Shown one piece after another: positions 8,104 to 16,906 of a stretch of 29,422 bases of DNA. Position numbers and translations under genes: made by a program. Where the stretch lies: positions 1-29,422 of the IMG/VR virus record IMGVR_UViG_3300028587_000030; one strand, written 5' to 3'. The notes beneath the pieces are model-generated. The model had not been told where the DNA came from. It worked only from the letters and a program-made list of their open reading frames with translations, and searched no databases. The number at the start of each line of letters is the position of its first letter. Within the stretch, counting starts at the first letter, position 1. Origin of the DNA: a virus (Duplodnaviria; Caudoviricetes).

Positions 8104-8384
8104 TTCTCTTGCCTTTCGTAGATGTGGATCATCAGCCAGCCGCTCTGGAAGCTGGCTGTGCCGATGTAGTCGCCGGGGTATTCGATGGGATGCCCGGTGC
8201 CATACATGTCGAACGTCCTACGCTCGTAGGGCTGCTCGGAATCAACCTCCCACCACAGCGCGATCTTGCCGTGTTGCTCGTGGACCGCCAGAGGCTTAGC
8301 GCCGACCGGCATGTCCAGCGGCACGCCAGGCGCGACGTTCTCGGGCTTTGGGTCGATGACGTATTTCCATACGGTTCTCGCCAT
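8100..8384 (-). CDS. conserved hypothetical phage protein
   Basis: VWKY...MPVGAKPL...GTGHPI...YIGT...HIYE pattern, which I recall from other phages; AAGGAAGG SD. Confidence 0.75.
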   Translation of the reverse strand: MARTVWKYVIDPKPENVAPGVPLDMPVGAKPLAVHEQHGKIALWWEVDSEQPYERRTFDMYGTGHPIEYPGDYIGTASFQSGWLMIHIYERQEK

Positions 8385-8396
8385 GATCATCCTTCC

Positions 8397-8786
8397 TTAG
8401 TAGTTGGCCTCGATGAACTCGGACCAGTCGTCCAGCGTGTAGGGCCGTTTCTCCCCGATGCGGGTGAGAATCCAGCGGTGCTGCCGTTGATCAAGAATCG
8501 GGATGCGCCAGACCTCGCCGGCGAGTTGATCAGCTACGCCTACGCGGATCTGGAATCCGAGCCGGCGCGCTTCTGTCGGCATCGAGTGAATCGCTTGGTG
8601 GCAGTACCGGCAGAGCATCACGAGGTTGTCGGCCAGATGCATCCAGGGCAACGCGTTCGATCCTCCCTTGCCCTTTCGCCGGCGATGGTGCGCGTCCACG
8701 GCCGGCTGGACGCGGCATAGCTCGCACCATCCCTTGGACCTGTGCAAGATCAACTCGCGGGTCTCGTCGGTCGGGCCGTCAGTCAT
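8397..8786 (-). CDS. HNH endonuclease
   Basis: CELC...HHRRRKGKGG...NLVMLCRYCHQAIH. Confidence 0.88.
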   Translation of the reverse strand: MTDGPTDETRELILHRSKGWCELCRVQPAVDAHHRRRKGKGGSNALPWMHLADNLVMLCRYCHQAIHSMPTEARRLGFQIRVGVADQLAGEVWRIPILDQRQHRWILTRIGEKRPYTLDDWSEFIEANY

Positions 8787-8899
8787 CGGCCTCGCCTCCA
8801 GGCGATCCAGCCGATCAACAGGCCGGCCAGGATGCCAACCACGAGCGAGCCGCCGATGATCAGCGCCAGAGTCTCAGCCGGCATCGAGACGCGGATCAT
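8783..8899 (-). CDS. single-TM membrane peptide, 38 aa
   Basis: MIRVSMPAETLALIIGGSLVVGILAGLLIGWIAWRRGR; TAATG and ATGA couplings. Confidence 0.6.
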   Translation of the reverse strand: MIRVSMPAETLALIIGGSLVVGILAGLLIGWIAWRRGR

Positions 8900-9363
8900 T
8901 AGAAAATCTCCCTGAGTTCGCCTAGCGTGACAAGCTCGGCTGCGTTGGCTGCCTGCTCCTCGGCGTCACTGTCCGGCTGGGCCTCCTTGGTGATCCAGGG
9001 CAGACGGACGGACGTGTAACCGCGCGCCTTGCTGGCGTTGAGAAAGCCTTCCTCGACCAAGCCGACATCGACCATCGCTTGGAGCAAGTGCCACATCTGG
9101 GGAGCCGTCATCGCGACATCCACGTAGAGATGACCGTGGCCTGGCGTGGAGCTAGGCACGTAGGCCACCGGGACATCCAAGTCGATCACTGGCGCATGGA
9201 GCGTGTCGCCACCGAGGTCGGGGCTACTCGGGTCGCTTGTCCCAAGTAGCTCGGACGTGACCACGTTGGCCTCGCTCAAGTCGCCGTCTTCGACCTCGCC
9301 TAGATAGCTAGAGAAGTCGCGCACCACGCCGACGCGACGGCCTTGCATCCCTGGCACGATCAT
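8899..9363 (-). CDS. hypothetical protein with AEP primase-like motifs
   Basis: VIDLD and SSTPGHGHLY resemble AEP motifs I and II. Confidence 0.6.
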   Translation of the reverse strand: MIVPGMQGRRVGVVRDFSSYLGEVEDGDLSEANVVTSELLGTSDPSSPDLGGDTLHAPVIDLDVPVAYVPSSTPGHGHLYVDVAMTAPQMWHLLQAMVDVGLVEEGFLNASKARGYTSVRLPWITKEAQPDSDAEEQAANAAELVTLGELREIF

Positions 9364-9878
9364 GACTCGATCTCCTTCGTCACTAGCGAGATGGCCTCGC
9401 TCATCTGAGCCTTGAGGCCAGCCGTGACGGCCTTCTTGGCGTCGTTGGTGATCCGAGCGGACCAGCCCTTCTTCGCAGGCACGTAGCGAGCAAAGGAAAG
9501 CTCCTCGCCGGTCTCCTTGTCGATCACGCGGCCGTCGATCACGATCACGCGGCCGTCGAGAGTCTTCGCCAGAGTCTCGCGCACCGAGGCCGGGTGCTCG
9601 ATCACGTACGCGGGAACCTCCTCCTCCCAGGCCTCGATGACCTCGTGCGGGTAGTGCTCCCGCGCGTAGGCCACCATCCGGTCGTCCTCGTGGTACTCGA
9701 TCGTGGCCTCGACAGTGGTCCCGACCAGCAGGCCGTAGGGAGTGCGGAAGTTGGCCTTGTCCAGGCCAAGCTCCTCCCGCAACTCGTCTAGCTCGGCAGA
9801 GAGATCCTTGCCGGCCTCCTTGACGGCGTGCTCCAGAACACGTATCGCCATGTAGATGTCGGCCAGCCGGTCGCTCAC
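9360..9878 (-). CDS. hypothetical phage protein in the recombination module
   Basis: Strong codon bias; coupled to the ATPase gene. Confidence 0.75.
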   Translation of the reverse strand: MSDRLADIYMAIRVLEHAVKEAGKDLSAELDELREELGLDKANFRTPYGLLVGTTVEATIEYHEDDRMVAYAREHYPHEVIEAWEEEVPAYVIEHPASVRETLAKTLDGRVIVIDGRVIDKETGEELSFARYVPAKKGWSARITNDAKKAVTAGLKAQMSEAISLVTKEIES

Positions 9879-11056
9879 TTCTCGACCCCGAGCCGTGAGG
9901 GCTGGTCAGCCGGCGTCAGCTTGTCCATCAGCCAGCCGGCCTCCTCGGAGGTCAGGAGCTTGGTGGTCTCGATGTTGCGGCCGAGCGTCGTGGATGCCCA
10001 TGCCAGGTAGTGATCGCGAGTCTTCATCCCGGCCTCGGTGAACATGGCGTGGAGCTTCTTGGACTGGCCGTCCGTGATCAACGGCTTGGCCGGCGCGTTC
10101 ATCGCTTCGTAGGTAGCGACCAAGGCCGCCAGGCTCTCGATGTCGGTGGTCTCCCCGATCTTCTCGCTGTGTTCCTTCTGCCAGTTGGCGGCCAGTGCTC
10201 GCGCCGTGTCCTCGTCCACCAGGCCGCGGAGCTTGTCGATCAACCGCGTGCGATCGCGGATCATCTGATCCTCGGCCTCGACCGACTTGATCCCGTCCGA
10301 GCCGGCGAAGTGCCGTACCGCGGTAGCGTTCTTGCCGGCCAGCCCGAGGTCGCGCCAGAGCTTGTCGAAGGTGAAGTCCGGCAGCGGGATACGGGCCTCC
10401 TGGCCGGCGAGCTTCACGGATCGGTAGCCAGTTAGGTAGGCCTCGCCGCGCCGCGGCTGCTCGATGATCAACCCAACGTCGTAGGACAGATTCTTCTCGG
10501 CCTTGATCTTGGACGTGGTGAGCACCTTGTTGTCGCGACCCTTGACGGGCTGGCCGTCCTCGACTACGACGATGGTCTCCAGGCGAGCCGTGATGATGGA
10601 CGGGCCGGCGTGCGAGCGCAGGGTGTCGAGAACGTGCTGCCAGCGCGACTTCGCTACGTTCCAAAGATCCATGTTGATCTTCGCCTCGGCCTCGTGCCGG
10701 CGCCGGTTGGCCTCTGTCTGGGCCATATCGGACAAGAGATCCCAGAGGCGCGTGCCCGAGTCGATCACCCAGAGAGTCGGCTTGCCATCGACCGCAGGTT
10801 CCTTGCTGGCGTCGCTGAGAGCGTTCAGCAGACCGCGGTAGGTCCCGTCGTGGATCACGATCTCGAAACGAGCGCCAGGTACAGCGCCGTACTCGTCGGG
10901 ATCGTCTTCGGCCGTAGAGAACCATAGGGTCCGACCGATGAGGGGCGAGGCTGAGGCCTCGGCGCACGCCCATGACTTGCCGGACTTCTCGCTACCGGCG
11001 ATCAGTGCGATCGGCCAGGCCGGCTTCCCGGTGGGCTTGCGTGTCTGTAGTGCCAT
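9875..11056 (-). CDS. Sak4/RecA-like AAA ATPase (phage recombinase)
   Basis: IALIAGSEKSGKS Walker A, WVIDS Walker B, ITAR; GAAGGAAG SD at MALQTRK; near ssb. Confidence 0.82.
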   Translation of the reverse strand: MALQTRKPTGKPAWPIALIAGSEKSGKSWACAEASASPLIGRTLWFSTAEDDPDEYGAVPGARFEIVIHDGTYRGLLNALSDASKEPAVDGKPTLWVIDSGTRLWDLLSDMAQTEANRRRHEAEAKINMDLWNVAKSRWQHVLDTLRSHAGPSIITARLETIVVVEDGQPVKGRDNKVLTTSKIKAEKNLSYDVGLIIEQPRRGEAYLTGYRSVKLAGQEARIPLPDFTFDKLWRDLGLAGKNATAVRHFAGSDGIKSVEAEDQMIRDRTRLIDKLRGLVDEDTARALAANWQKEHSEKIGETTDIESLAALVATYEAMNAPAKPLITDGQSKKLHAMFTEAGMKTRDHYLAWASTTLGRNIETTKLLTSEEAGWLMDKLTPADQPSRLGVEK

Positions 11057-11058
11057 GA

Positions 11059-11301
11059 TCATCTTCCTTCTCTGTTGGCGCTCTGTGCGCTGACCTTGTT
11101 GAGTGACAGTCTGAGGATGGTGGTGAGGTCCGACATCCGGCGAGCCGGTGCGGTGCAGTCGGGATTCTCGCAAGCGCCGTAGGCAATGCCTGGCCGGCCG
11201 GCGAGGGTGATGATCGAGTTGCCTGTGCCGAAGCACACACCGCAGGGCTTCTTGCCTACAGGCGTAAGGACTCGATAAGCTTGCTCCGTTGGTGCGTCCA
11301 T
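11059..11301 (-). CDS. small Zn-ribbon protein
   Basis: CGVC...CENPDC; GGAAGG SD. Confidence 0.6.
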   Translation of the reverse strand: MDAPTEQAYRVLTPVGKKPCGVCFGTGNSIITLAGRPGIAYGACENPDCTAPARRMSDLTTILRLSLNKVSAQSANREGR

Positions 11302-11362
11302 GATCCGTACCTTCCGTGAAGATCCGTGGGGCCGCTAGGGCCGGGTGGAGACTGTGGTGGTC

Positions 11363-11551
11363 TTAATCCCCGCCCGATGATGCGGCCCCACTTTCACGTT
11401 CCGGCCGCATCGTCGCCGGGTTGAAGCGGTAGCCGCGTCCCTTGTTTGCTACAGGATGTAGCTCGCCTCGCAGGACCATCCGAGTGATCGTCGTCCGGTG
11501 GACGCCTAGCACGCTAGCTAGTTGCTCGGTGGTCAACTCTGTGGTGGTCAT
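11363..11551 (-). CDS. excisionase/Cro-like HTH DNA-binding protein, leaderless
   Basis: LTTEQLASVLGVHRTTITRMVLRGEL...GYRF (HTH_17/MerR-like); TACGTT -10 six nt before the ATG. Confidence 0.8.
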   Translation of the reverse strand: MTTTELTTEQLASVLGVHRTTITRMVLRGELHPVANKGRGYRFNPATMRPERESGAASSGGD

Positions 11552-12204
11552 GATGCAAACGTAGCGTGGAATGCATCGACACGCAAGAGCAACACGCGGC
11601 GGAAGTTGGTCTCGCTGTCGCGAGCCCTGCTGAGCGTCGGCTGAGCGGCCTGGCAGTGCGGCCGGCGACGCGGACAGACTGCCTGGCGTGGACGGTGATG
11701 AGTGACAGGCCTAGATCCGTAGATCGAGTCGGGCGCGATGTGAGCCGGCAGCGGGGATCGGCGCTGGACTCTTGAGCCTGGCCTGGCAGGTTTATCAAAC
11801 TGTGACCTACGGGCTGAGGCCTCGCAGATCTCTAGCCTGGAAAGGCTTTGGGTTTGGGTTGGGGTGGCGTCTTGCGATCGTGCGGCAGCGCGCTCGCAAA
11901 TCCTAACTCTCTAGTCAAGGGTGAGGCAAGACCGGGCTGTAAATCGGCGTGTCTCTCGGCCTGGAGATCCCTTGTTGGGTAGGCCGGCCGAGGTCGTGGC
12001 TCTGGAGTACGGCGCGGGATACCGCTAGCCTGCTACGCATCAGCACCACGACACGGAACGACGGATCATGGGCCAGTCGAGCATCGACGGTCCCAGCCAA
12101 GACAGCAGGCCGGCGTAGCTCGGCCCTACTCGCCTAGGCGATCGGTGGTTGCGCGCCGCGGGGTTGGTGGACAGGGAATCCCCCAACAAGAAAGGGCCAA
12201 CTCC

Positions 12205-12462
12205 ATGATCAGAAGTTTCGTGGCCTTCGCAGGTAAGTGGACGGTGGTCGTCCCGGCGATCGCCATCGTGCTGGTCGTGATGCTCGGCATCGCGTCCAAG
12301 CAAGAGGCCGTCTACGGCTACGGCAAGGTTGTCGATAACGGCAGCTTCGCTTTGGGCGTAGGCATCTTCACGGTGCCCGATTGGATCTCGGGCATCTTGG
12401 AGGCCAAGAAGGTCGTGCAGGCCGACAACAAAGGCCAGTCCGCGGTCACTGACGGCACGTAA
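12205..12462 (+). CDS. small membrane protein, 85 aa (pilin/Spd-like?)
   Basis: AAGAAAGGG SD; hydrophobic VVVPAIAIVLVVMLGIA plus a second weaker segment. Confidence 0.7.
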   Translation: MIRSFVAFAGKWTVVVPAIAIVLVVMLGIASKQEAVYGYGKVVDNGSFALGVGIFTVPDWISGILEAKKVVQADNKGQSAVTDGT

Positions 12463-12542
12463 TCCCTTGATCGACTGAGACCCACCGCGCCGGCTACGCG
12501 GCCGGTGGAGATCAGCGATCCACCACCAAGGAGTTCTCCCCC

Positions 12543-14507
12543 ATGAGCAAGGTCGCCTCACTCACCCTCTGGGCCGTTGCCTTCTGGGACGGCCTACGGA
12601 TCTTCGGCCACTTCCTCAGCGCCAAGACCAATTACCTGTTCGGCCTAGCCTGCTACCTGATTCTGGCTACCGGCCTGTTCGGCGTCTACTACGCCGTGGT
12701 CCCACTGTTGATCATCGCCTGGCTGTACCCACTGCTCTGGCACGCGCACCGGGCCTACCTCTACAAGCAGGACAACCGCGAGGTTCCCAGCGTCGGGGCC
12801 ATGATCAAACTCTGGTGGCTCAGCCGGCAGCACATCGAGATCAGCAAGCGGAAGTTCATCGATGCCTGCGAGGGCTACCCAGGACTCAGCCGGCCAGGCT
12901 CAGGCCGCGTGATCGTCCCTGGCACCAAGGCCAAGCCGGTCACGCCGAAGCTTTCCCAGGTACGGACAAACCTCGATGGCGACGTGCTCGGGCTGGTCTA
13001 CAGCGGCACCGTGCAGGTACCGCTCCGCAACCTCGTGGCCGCTCAGGACGACATCGCCGCGAGCATCGGCTACGGCTGCAAGGAAGTGGTGATCCGGCCG
13101 ACCCGCAACAAGGGCGTCGGCAAGGTGGCCATCTACTGGACCGACCCGCTAGAACGCGAGATCCATCTGGGCGATCTCCCCAAACCGAAGGACCGGCGCT
13201 ACTTTTCGTTCGCCGTCCGGCGCGATGGATCTCCTATGTTGCTACGGAAGGACATGTCCTTCCTCGTCGGCGGGATGACGGGCCAGGGCAAGTCCAACGC
13301 GCTGTGGGTGATCATCGCCAGCTTCATCGCGGACGGCGAGTACCTAGATCTCTACGTCTCTGACGCCAAGGGCGGGATCGAGATGACCCTGCTGGGCAAG
13401 ATGGCGAAGATGTACGGCGGAGGCCGGGTCCGCGTGGTCGAGTACGTGGACAACGGGCCGGACACCGAGGAGAAGCTACTGCCGAAGGTGATCTCTCGGA
13501 TGGAGGGACGCCGGAAGTGGATGCGCGACAACGGCATCGACAAACTGGAGTTCTCCACCAAGGAGAACCCGTACATCGTCTTCATCGAGGATGAGGTAAC
13601 CCTTATCCCGAAGGCACTCAAGGCCGGCGCATCCGGCCATCTCGGGAACATCCTCACTGGTGGCCGCGCGAGCTTGACGGTGGCCTGGCTGGCTACCCAG
13701 GACGCGCGCACCGACACGATCCCTGGCTCGCTACGGACATTGATCCCTGGCCGCTTCTGCCTCGCCACGGACACGAGCGAGGCCACGGTGGCGATCCTCG
13801 GGCCGAAGGCCGAGACCGAGCGGGGCGCTCGGTGCTCAGAGTTGGACGAGCAAAGGGATATGGGCGTCTGCTACGCCGGCACCGAGGAAAGCCGGCTGCT
13901 GGAGCGCGCGAAGATTCCCTTGGTCAGCAAGGCCGAGCGCAAGCAGATCGCTCAGGGCATCGTGCCTCAGTCGATGCTCGACCGGACCACGGTCGGGCCG
14001 AAGTGCATCGTCTACTGGTGCCCGAGCTTCCCGCGCTACGACGCGGACGGCAACCCGCTCAAGGATCGCCTGGAGTACGTCGGCATCACATCCGTATGGT
14101 GCAAGGACCACAAGAAGGTCGATACCTGCGCTCGCTTCGCTCAGCACGCCGCGCGTGACTGGGCGTGGTGCAAGGAACACGGCGCGTGGGAAAACTGGTG
14201 GCTCAAGCACGTCGATGTCAGCCGGATCGTCACTAAGGTCTACCCATCGGTCGAGGCCGCGCGCGCGGTGGAGAAGGAGTCGATCAAGACCGATTGGCCG
14301 ATCTGGAACAAAGTCCATAACTGGAACAATCCACTGATCGCGCATCTCCGCCGCGCCGGCCTGCCGCGGTGGCGCAAGCGTCGGGTCGAGGACGAGCCCG
14401 AGGATGTCTACGTCGGTATGGATCTCGTGGAGGGCGAGATCATCTCCGAGGACGAGTGGCCGACCCAACCTCAACAGCGAGAGCTTGAAAGCGCCGACCT
14501 CCGATGA
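12543..14507 (+). CDS. FtsK/SpoIIIE (TraB/TcpA-like) membrane ATPase with C-terminal GIY-YIG nuclease domain
   Basis: N-terminal TM segments; GGMTGQGKS Walker A, DAKGG, IVFIEDE Walker B, GR-A...LATQ; C-terminal IVY...YVGIT...RFAQH...AVEKESI...PIWN. Confidence 0.88.
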   Translation: MSKVASLTLWAVAFWDGLRIFGHFLSAKTNYLFGLACYLILATGLFGVYYAVVPLLIIAWLYPLLWHAHRAYLYKQDNREVPSVGAMIKLWWLSRQHIEISKRKFIDACEGYPGLSRPGSGRVIVPGTKAKPVTPKLSQVRTNLDGDVLGLVYSGTVQVPLRNLVAAQDDIAASIGYGCKEVVIRPTRNKGVGKVAIYWTDPLEREIHLGDLPKPKDRRYFSFAVRRDGSPMLLRKDMSFLVGGMTGQGKSNALWVIIASFIADGEYLDLYVSDAKGGIEMTLLGKMAKMYGGGRVRVVEYVDNGPDTEEKLLPKVISRMEGRRKWMRDNGIDKLEFSTKENPYIVFIEDEVTLIPKALKAGASGHLGNILTGGRASLTVAWLATQDARTDTIPGSLRTLIPGRFCLATDTSEATVAILGPKAETERGARCSELDEQRDMGVCYAGTEESRLLERAKIPLVSKAERKQIAQGIVPQSMLDRTTVGPKCIVYWCPSFPRYDADGNPLKDRLEYVGITSVWCKDHKKVDTCARFAQHAARDWAWCKEHGAWENWWLKHVDVSRIVTKVYPSVEAARAVEKESIKTDWPIWNKVHNWNNPLIAHLRRAGLPRWRKRRVEDEPEDVYVGMDLVEGEIISEDEWPTQPQQRELESADLR

Positions 14508-16405
14508 GGAAAGTCGTCGGCCTACTGGTCCTGGCCGTCATCGCCTCGATGCTGCTGTGGCGCGACACCCAGCAGGAGGTGGAGACGTGCGTCGATACAC
14601 CGAAGATCACCGTAGCGGCCAAGGCCGCGGCCACGCTCGGTGGTGTCGTGCACGAGTACCTGCACAAGGATGGCTACACCCAGGACCAGATCAAGGCGGC
14701 ATGGAACGGCGGAGGGATGGTGGCCGGCCTGCTCTGGCAGGCGTTCTACTTCGCTAGCCAGGATGGGAAAGACGCTGGCCTGGATGTAGTGATCGGGATG
14801 CTCCCCGAGTCCACCGACTGCACGCCGGCCGTGGACTGCTCCCAGCCGGCTCAGCCCGAGGCGCCCGAGGGTCAGCCCTACGACCCCAAGCTCGCTAGCC
14901 TGCAAGGGCCGGACCTGGCGGCTGACGCGCTCCGCAAGGCCGCGCCCAACGATCGCAAGTGGCTGGCTCAGATCCCGCTCGGCGTTTCCATAGCCAAGTA
15001 CGAGTCATCGTTCGATCCGACCGCATCCAACAACGTCAACAGCGGCCACGTCGGCCTCTGGCAGATCAGCGGGTCCAACGCGGCCGTACTCAAGAAGGGT
15101 GACAGGACCGACCCGTACGCCAACGCGCGCTACGCCTACGCGATCTGGGAGGGCCGAGGAGGTACGTGGTCAAAGGACTGGACGGTCTACCAGACCGCGC
15201 TTGCCCATCAGGACGAGTACGCCAAGTACGGCGAGCCGACCCTGGCCGCGGCCGGCGTCTCGGCTGTAGCGGTCGCCCCGCGGGAACCACGGCTCCGCCA
15301 GGACGCCGAGAGCTTTGAGCCCGACGTGGCCGGCTGCGAGCCGGGATCAGGCGATCTCGGCATCACGGTCGGGACGTGGAACACGGCCGAGGCGATCGGC
15401 AACAGCAACGCCGAGATCAACCGCTACGCCCCCTTCGCTACCGTCGTAGGGCTTCAAGAGGTCCGCGATAACGACAAGCTCGCGAAGATCAAGGGCTACG
15501 GCGTCACGCCAGGCAACATGGCGGTCCCGATCATCTACAAGCGGTCCGATGTGGAGTTGATCAGTTGGGACCGTGAGCGCGCGCTCACCGGTGGGCCGAC
15601 TCGCAAGTGGGTCGTCTGGGCGATCTTTGAGACCGAGGACGGCCGACGCTTCGCTGTGGTCAACACGCATCAGCTAGTCGAGGGTGGAAACGGATGGATT
15701 CGCCAGGCGCGCGCGGTCAACGCCAAGGTCGATGAGCTTAGGGAACAAGGGCTGGTCGTGATCCTCGTTGGGGATATGAACGGCGCCGAGAGTCGGGTGG
15801 CCGCGGCCTTCGGCACAGCCGGCACCGGTGGTCGGATCGACCGGATCATCCCCTACGGCGCAAAGGCATCCAAAACCGAGCAACTGGGCAAGGGTGGTTC
15901 GGACCATCATCGCTACCGAGCTACGTTTCCTGGCTCCACGGCGATCAGCACTCCGCTGGACCTGAGCGGCGATCTGTCCGGCCGGACGACGATGGACGGC
16001 AAGACGGTCTCCCGCGTGGTGGCCGCTCAGATCCTTTTGGCCGAGCGTGAATCCGGCATCGACTTCACGGTGATGCAGGGAGGCTTCGGCGGTGGGGATG
16101 TGCCGGCGTCTGGCACGTCGCACGACTGGCCTGGCGTCGTGGATCTCAGTCCTGGCACGCCAGAAGCTGAGGAGGCGTTGCGCCGCGCCGCGTTCGCTAG
16201 CTGGACAAGGAACATCCCAGGCCGGTCCTATGCCGGCTCGGGAGCGCACAACCACGCAGTCTCGCTGCTCGACCCTGGCAACAAGGGCCACGGTCAACTG
16301 GCCGCGTGGGAGCGAGGCGAGGATGGCTTGAGCGGTAGGAAAGATCCGGCTCCGCACTATCCGTGGTATCCGGCGCTGCGTACCCTACGGATGGGAGGCG
16401 AGTGA
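14504..16405 (+). CDS. secreted multidomain envelope hydrolase: lytic transglycosylase + EEP phosphodiesterase + M15-like metallopeptidase
   Basis: Signal/anchor MRKVVGLLVLAVIASMLLW; SLT: YESSF, GLWQI, DPYAN; EEP: TWN, LQEV, NTH, GDMN, IDRI, SDH; peptidase: SH-x6-D and HNH. Confidence 0.82.
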   Translation: MRKVVGLLVLAVIASMLLWRDTQQEVETCVDTPKITVAAKAAATLGGVVHEYLHKDGYTQDQIKAAWNGGGMVAGLLWQAFYFASQDGKDAGLDVVIGMLPESTDCTPAVDCSQPAQPEAPEGQPYDPKLASLQGPDLAADALRKAAPNDRKWLAQIPLGVSIAKYESSFDPTASNNVNSGHVGLWQISGSNAAVLKKGDRTDPYANARYAYAIWEGRGGTWSKDWTVYQTALAHQDEYAKYGEPTLAAAGVSAVAVAPREPRLRQDAESFEPDVAGCEPGSGDLGITVGTWNTAEAIGNSNAEINRYAPFATVVGLQEVRDNDKLAKIKGYGVTPGNMAVPIIYKRSDVELISWDRERALTGGPTRKWVVWAIFETEDGRRFAVVNTHQLVEGGNGWIRQARAVNAKVDELREQGLVVILVGDMNGAESRVAAAFGTAGTGGRIDRIIPYGAKASKTEQLGKGGSDHHRYRATFPGSTAISTPLDLSGDLSGRTTMDGKTVSRVVAAQILLAERESGIDFTVMQGGFGGGDVPASGTSHDWPGVVDLSPGTPEAEEALRRAAFASWTRNIPGRSYAGSGAHNHAVSLLDPGNKGHGQLAAWERGEDGLSGRKDPAPHYPWYPALRTLRMGGE

Positions 16406-16632
16406 TGAGCGACTTCACTTTCTACAGCATGATCGTGTGGACGGGCGTGGTCGTGTTCCTCGGCCTGCTCGTAGCCACGATCAAGCGCACCGAGGATGGG
16501 GTGGGCGGTTTTGGCCTCTACTGGCTCGTGACTACCGTTACGCTCTGGCTGGTCGGCTTTGCGCTGTGGGGATGTGTGCAGATCAAGCAGTACATCGACA
16601 ATTACGGGATGCCGTTTACCGGCTCTGGCTAG
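16405..16632 (+). CDS. 2-TM membrane protein, 75 aa
   Basis: GGAGG SD; TGATG coupling; two hydrophobic helices. Confidence 0.7.
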   Translation: MSDFTFYSMIVWTGVVVFLGLLVATIKRTEDGVGGFGLYWLVTTVTLWLVGFALWGCVQIKQYIDNYGMPFTGSG

Positions 16633-16641
16633 GAGACCGCC

Positions 16642-16884
16642 ATGGATGACCAACTGATCTCGGCCATCGTGGATGCGATCCTGGCCCATCGAAACTCAGC
16701 ATGGGACAGGGACCGGCTGTACGTACAAGCCGCGGCCGGCGCGAGCTACAACAAGATCGAGCTAGCCGTCCGCGCCGAGCTACAGCGCAGAGGCGTGCAC
16801 GACCTCGATGGTCTCGGCGTTGGGCATGACAACATCCGCCGCGTCGTCAACGCTGCTAGGCGAGCCGCTGTAGCCGCTGTCTGA
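16642..16884 (+). CDS. probable HTH DNA-binding protein
   Basis: RDRLYVQAAAGASYNKIELA...VGHDNIRRVV; AGGAG SD. Confidence 0.6.
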   Translation: MDDQLISAIVDAILAHRNSAWDRDRLYVQAAAGASYNKIELAVRAELQRRGVHDLDGLGVGHDNIRRVVNAARRAAVAAV

Positions 16885-16906
16885 CACTCGTGCTAAAGTG
16901 TCAAAC
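16882..16906 (+). promoter_or_regulatory. extended -10 leaderless promoter with overlapping dyad
   Basis: TGCTAAAGT-7-ATG; TGACACT-N8-AGTGTCA; near-identical to 19811-19839. Confidence 0.65.

Noticed and set aside
9906-10973. Long alternative-frame and antisense ORFs (e.g. 9906..10973, 13836..14474, 15674..16357, 27681..28541)
   Set aside because: They are Arg/Pro-rich shadows of real genes, as expected at high GC, and have no motifs.
11514-12137. Short ORFs in the divergent region as an immunity repressor
   Set aside because: No HTH pattern, atypical composition and no SD.
12543-14507. FtsK protein as a packaging ATPase or T7SS EccC
   Set aside because: TerS and TerL are present, it has a single ATPase domain, and no WXG100 genes are nearby.
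14504-16632. Ordinary endolysin-holin cassette
   Set aside because: Disfavoured but not excluded: the hydrolase has an N-terminal anchor, is coupled to the FtsK gene and lies outside the late region.
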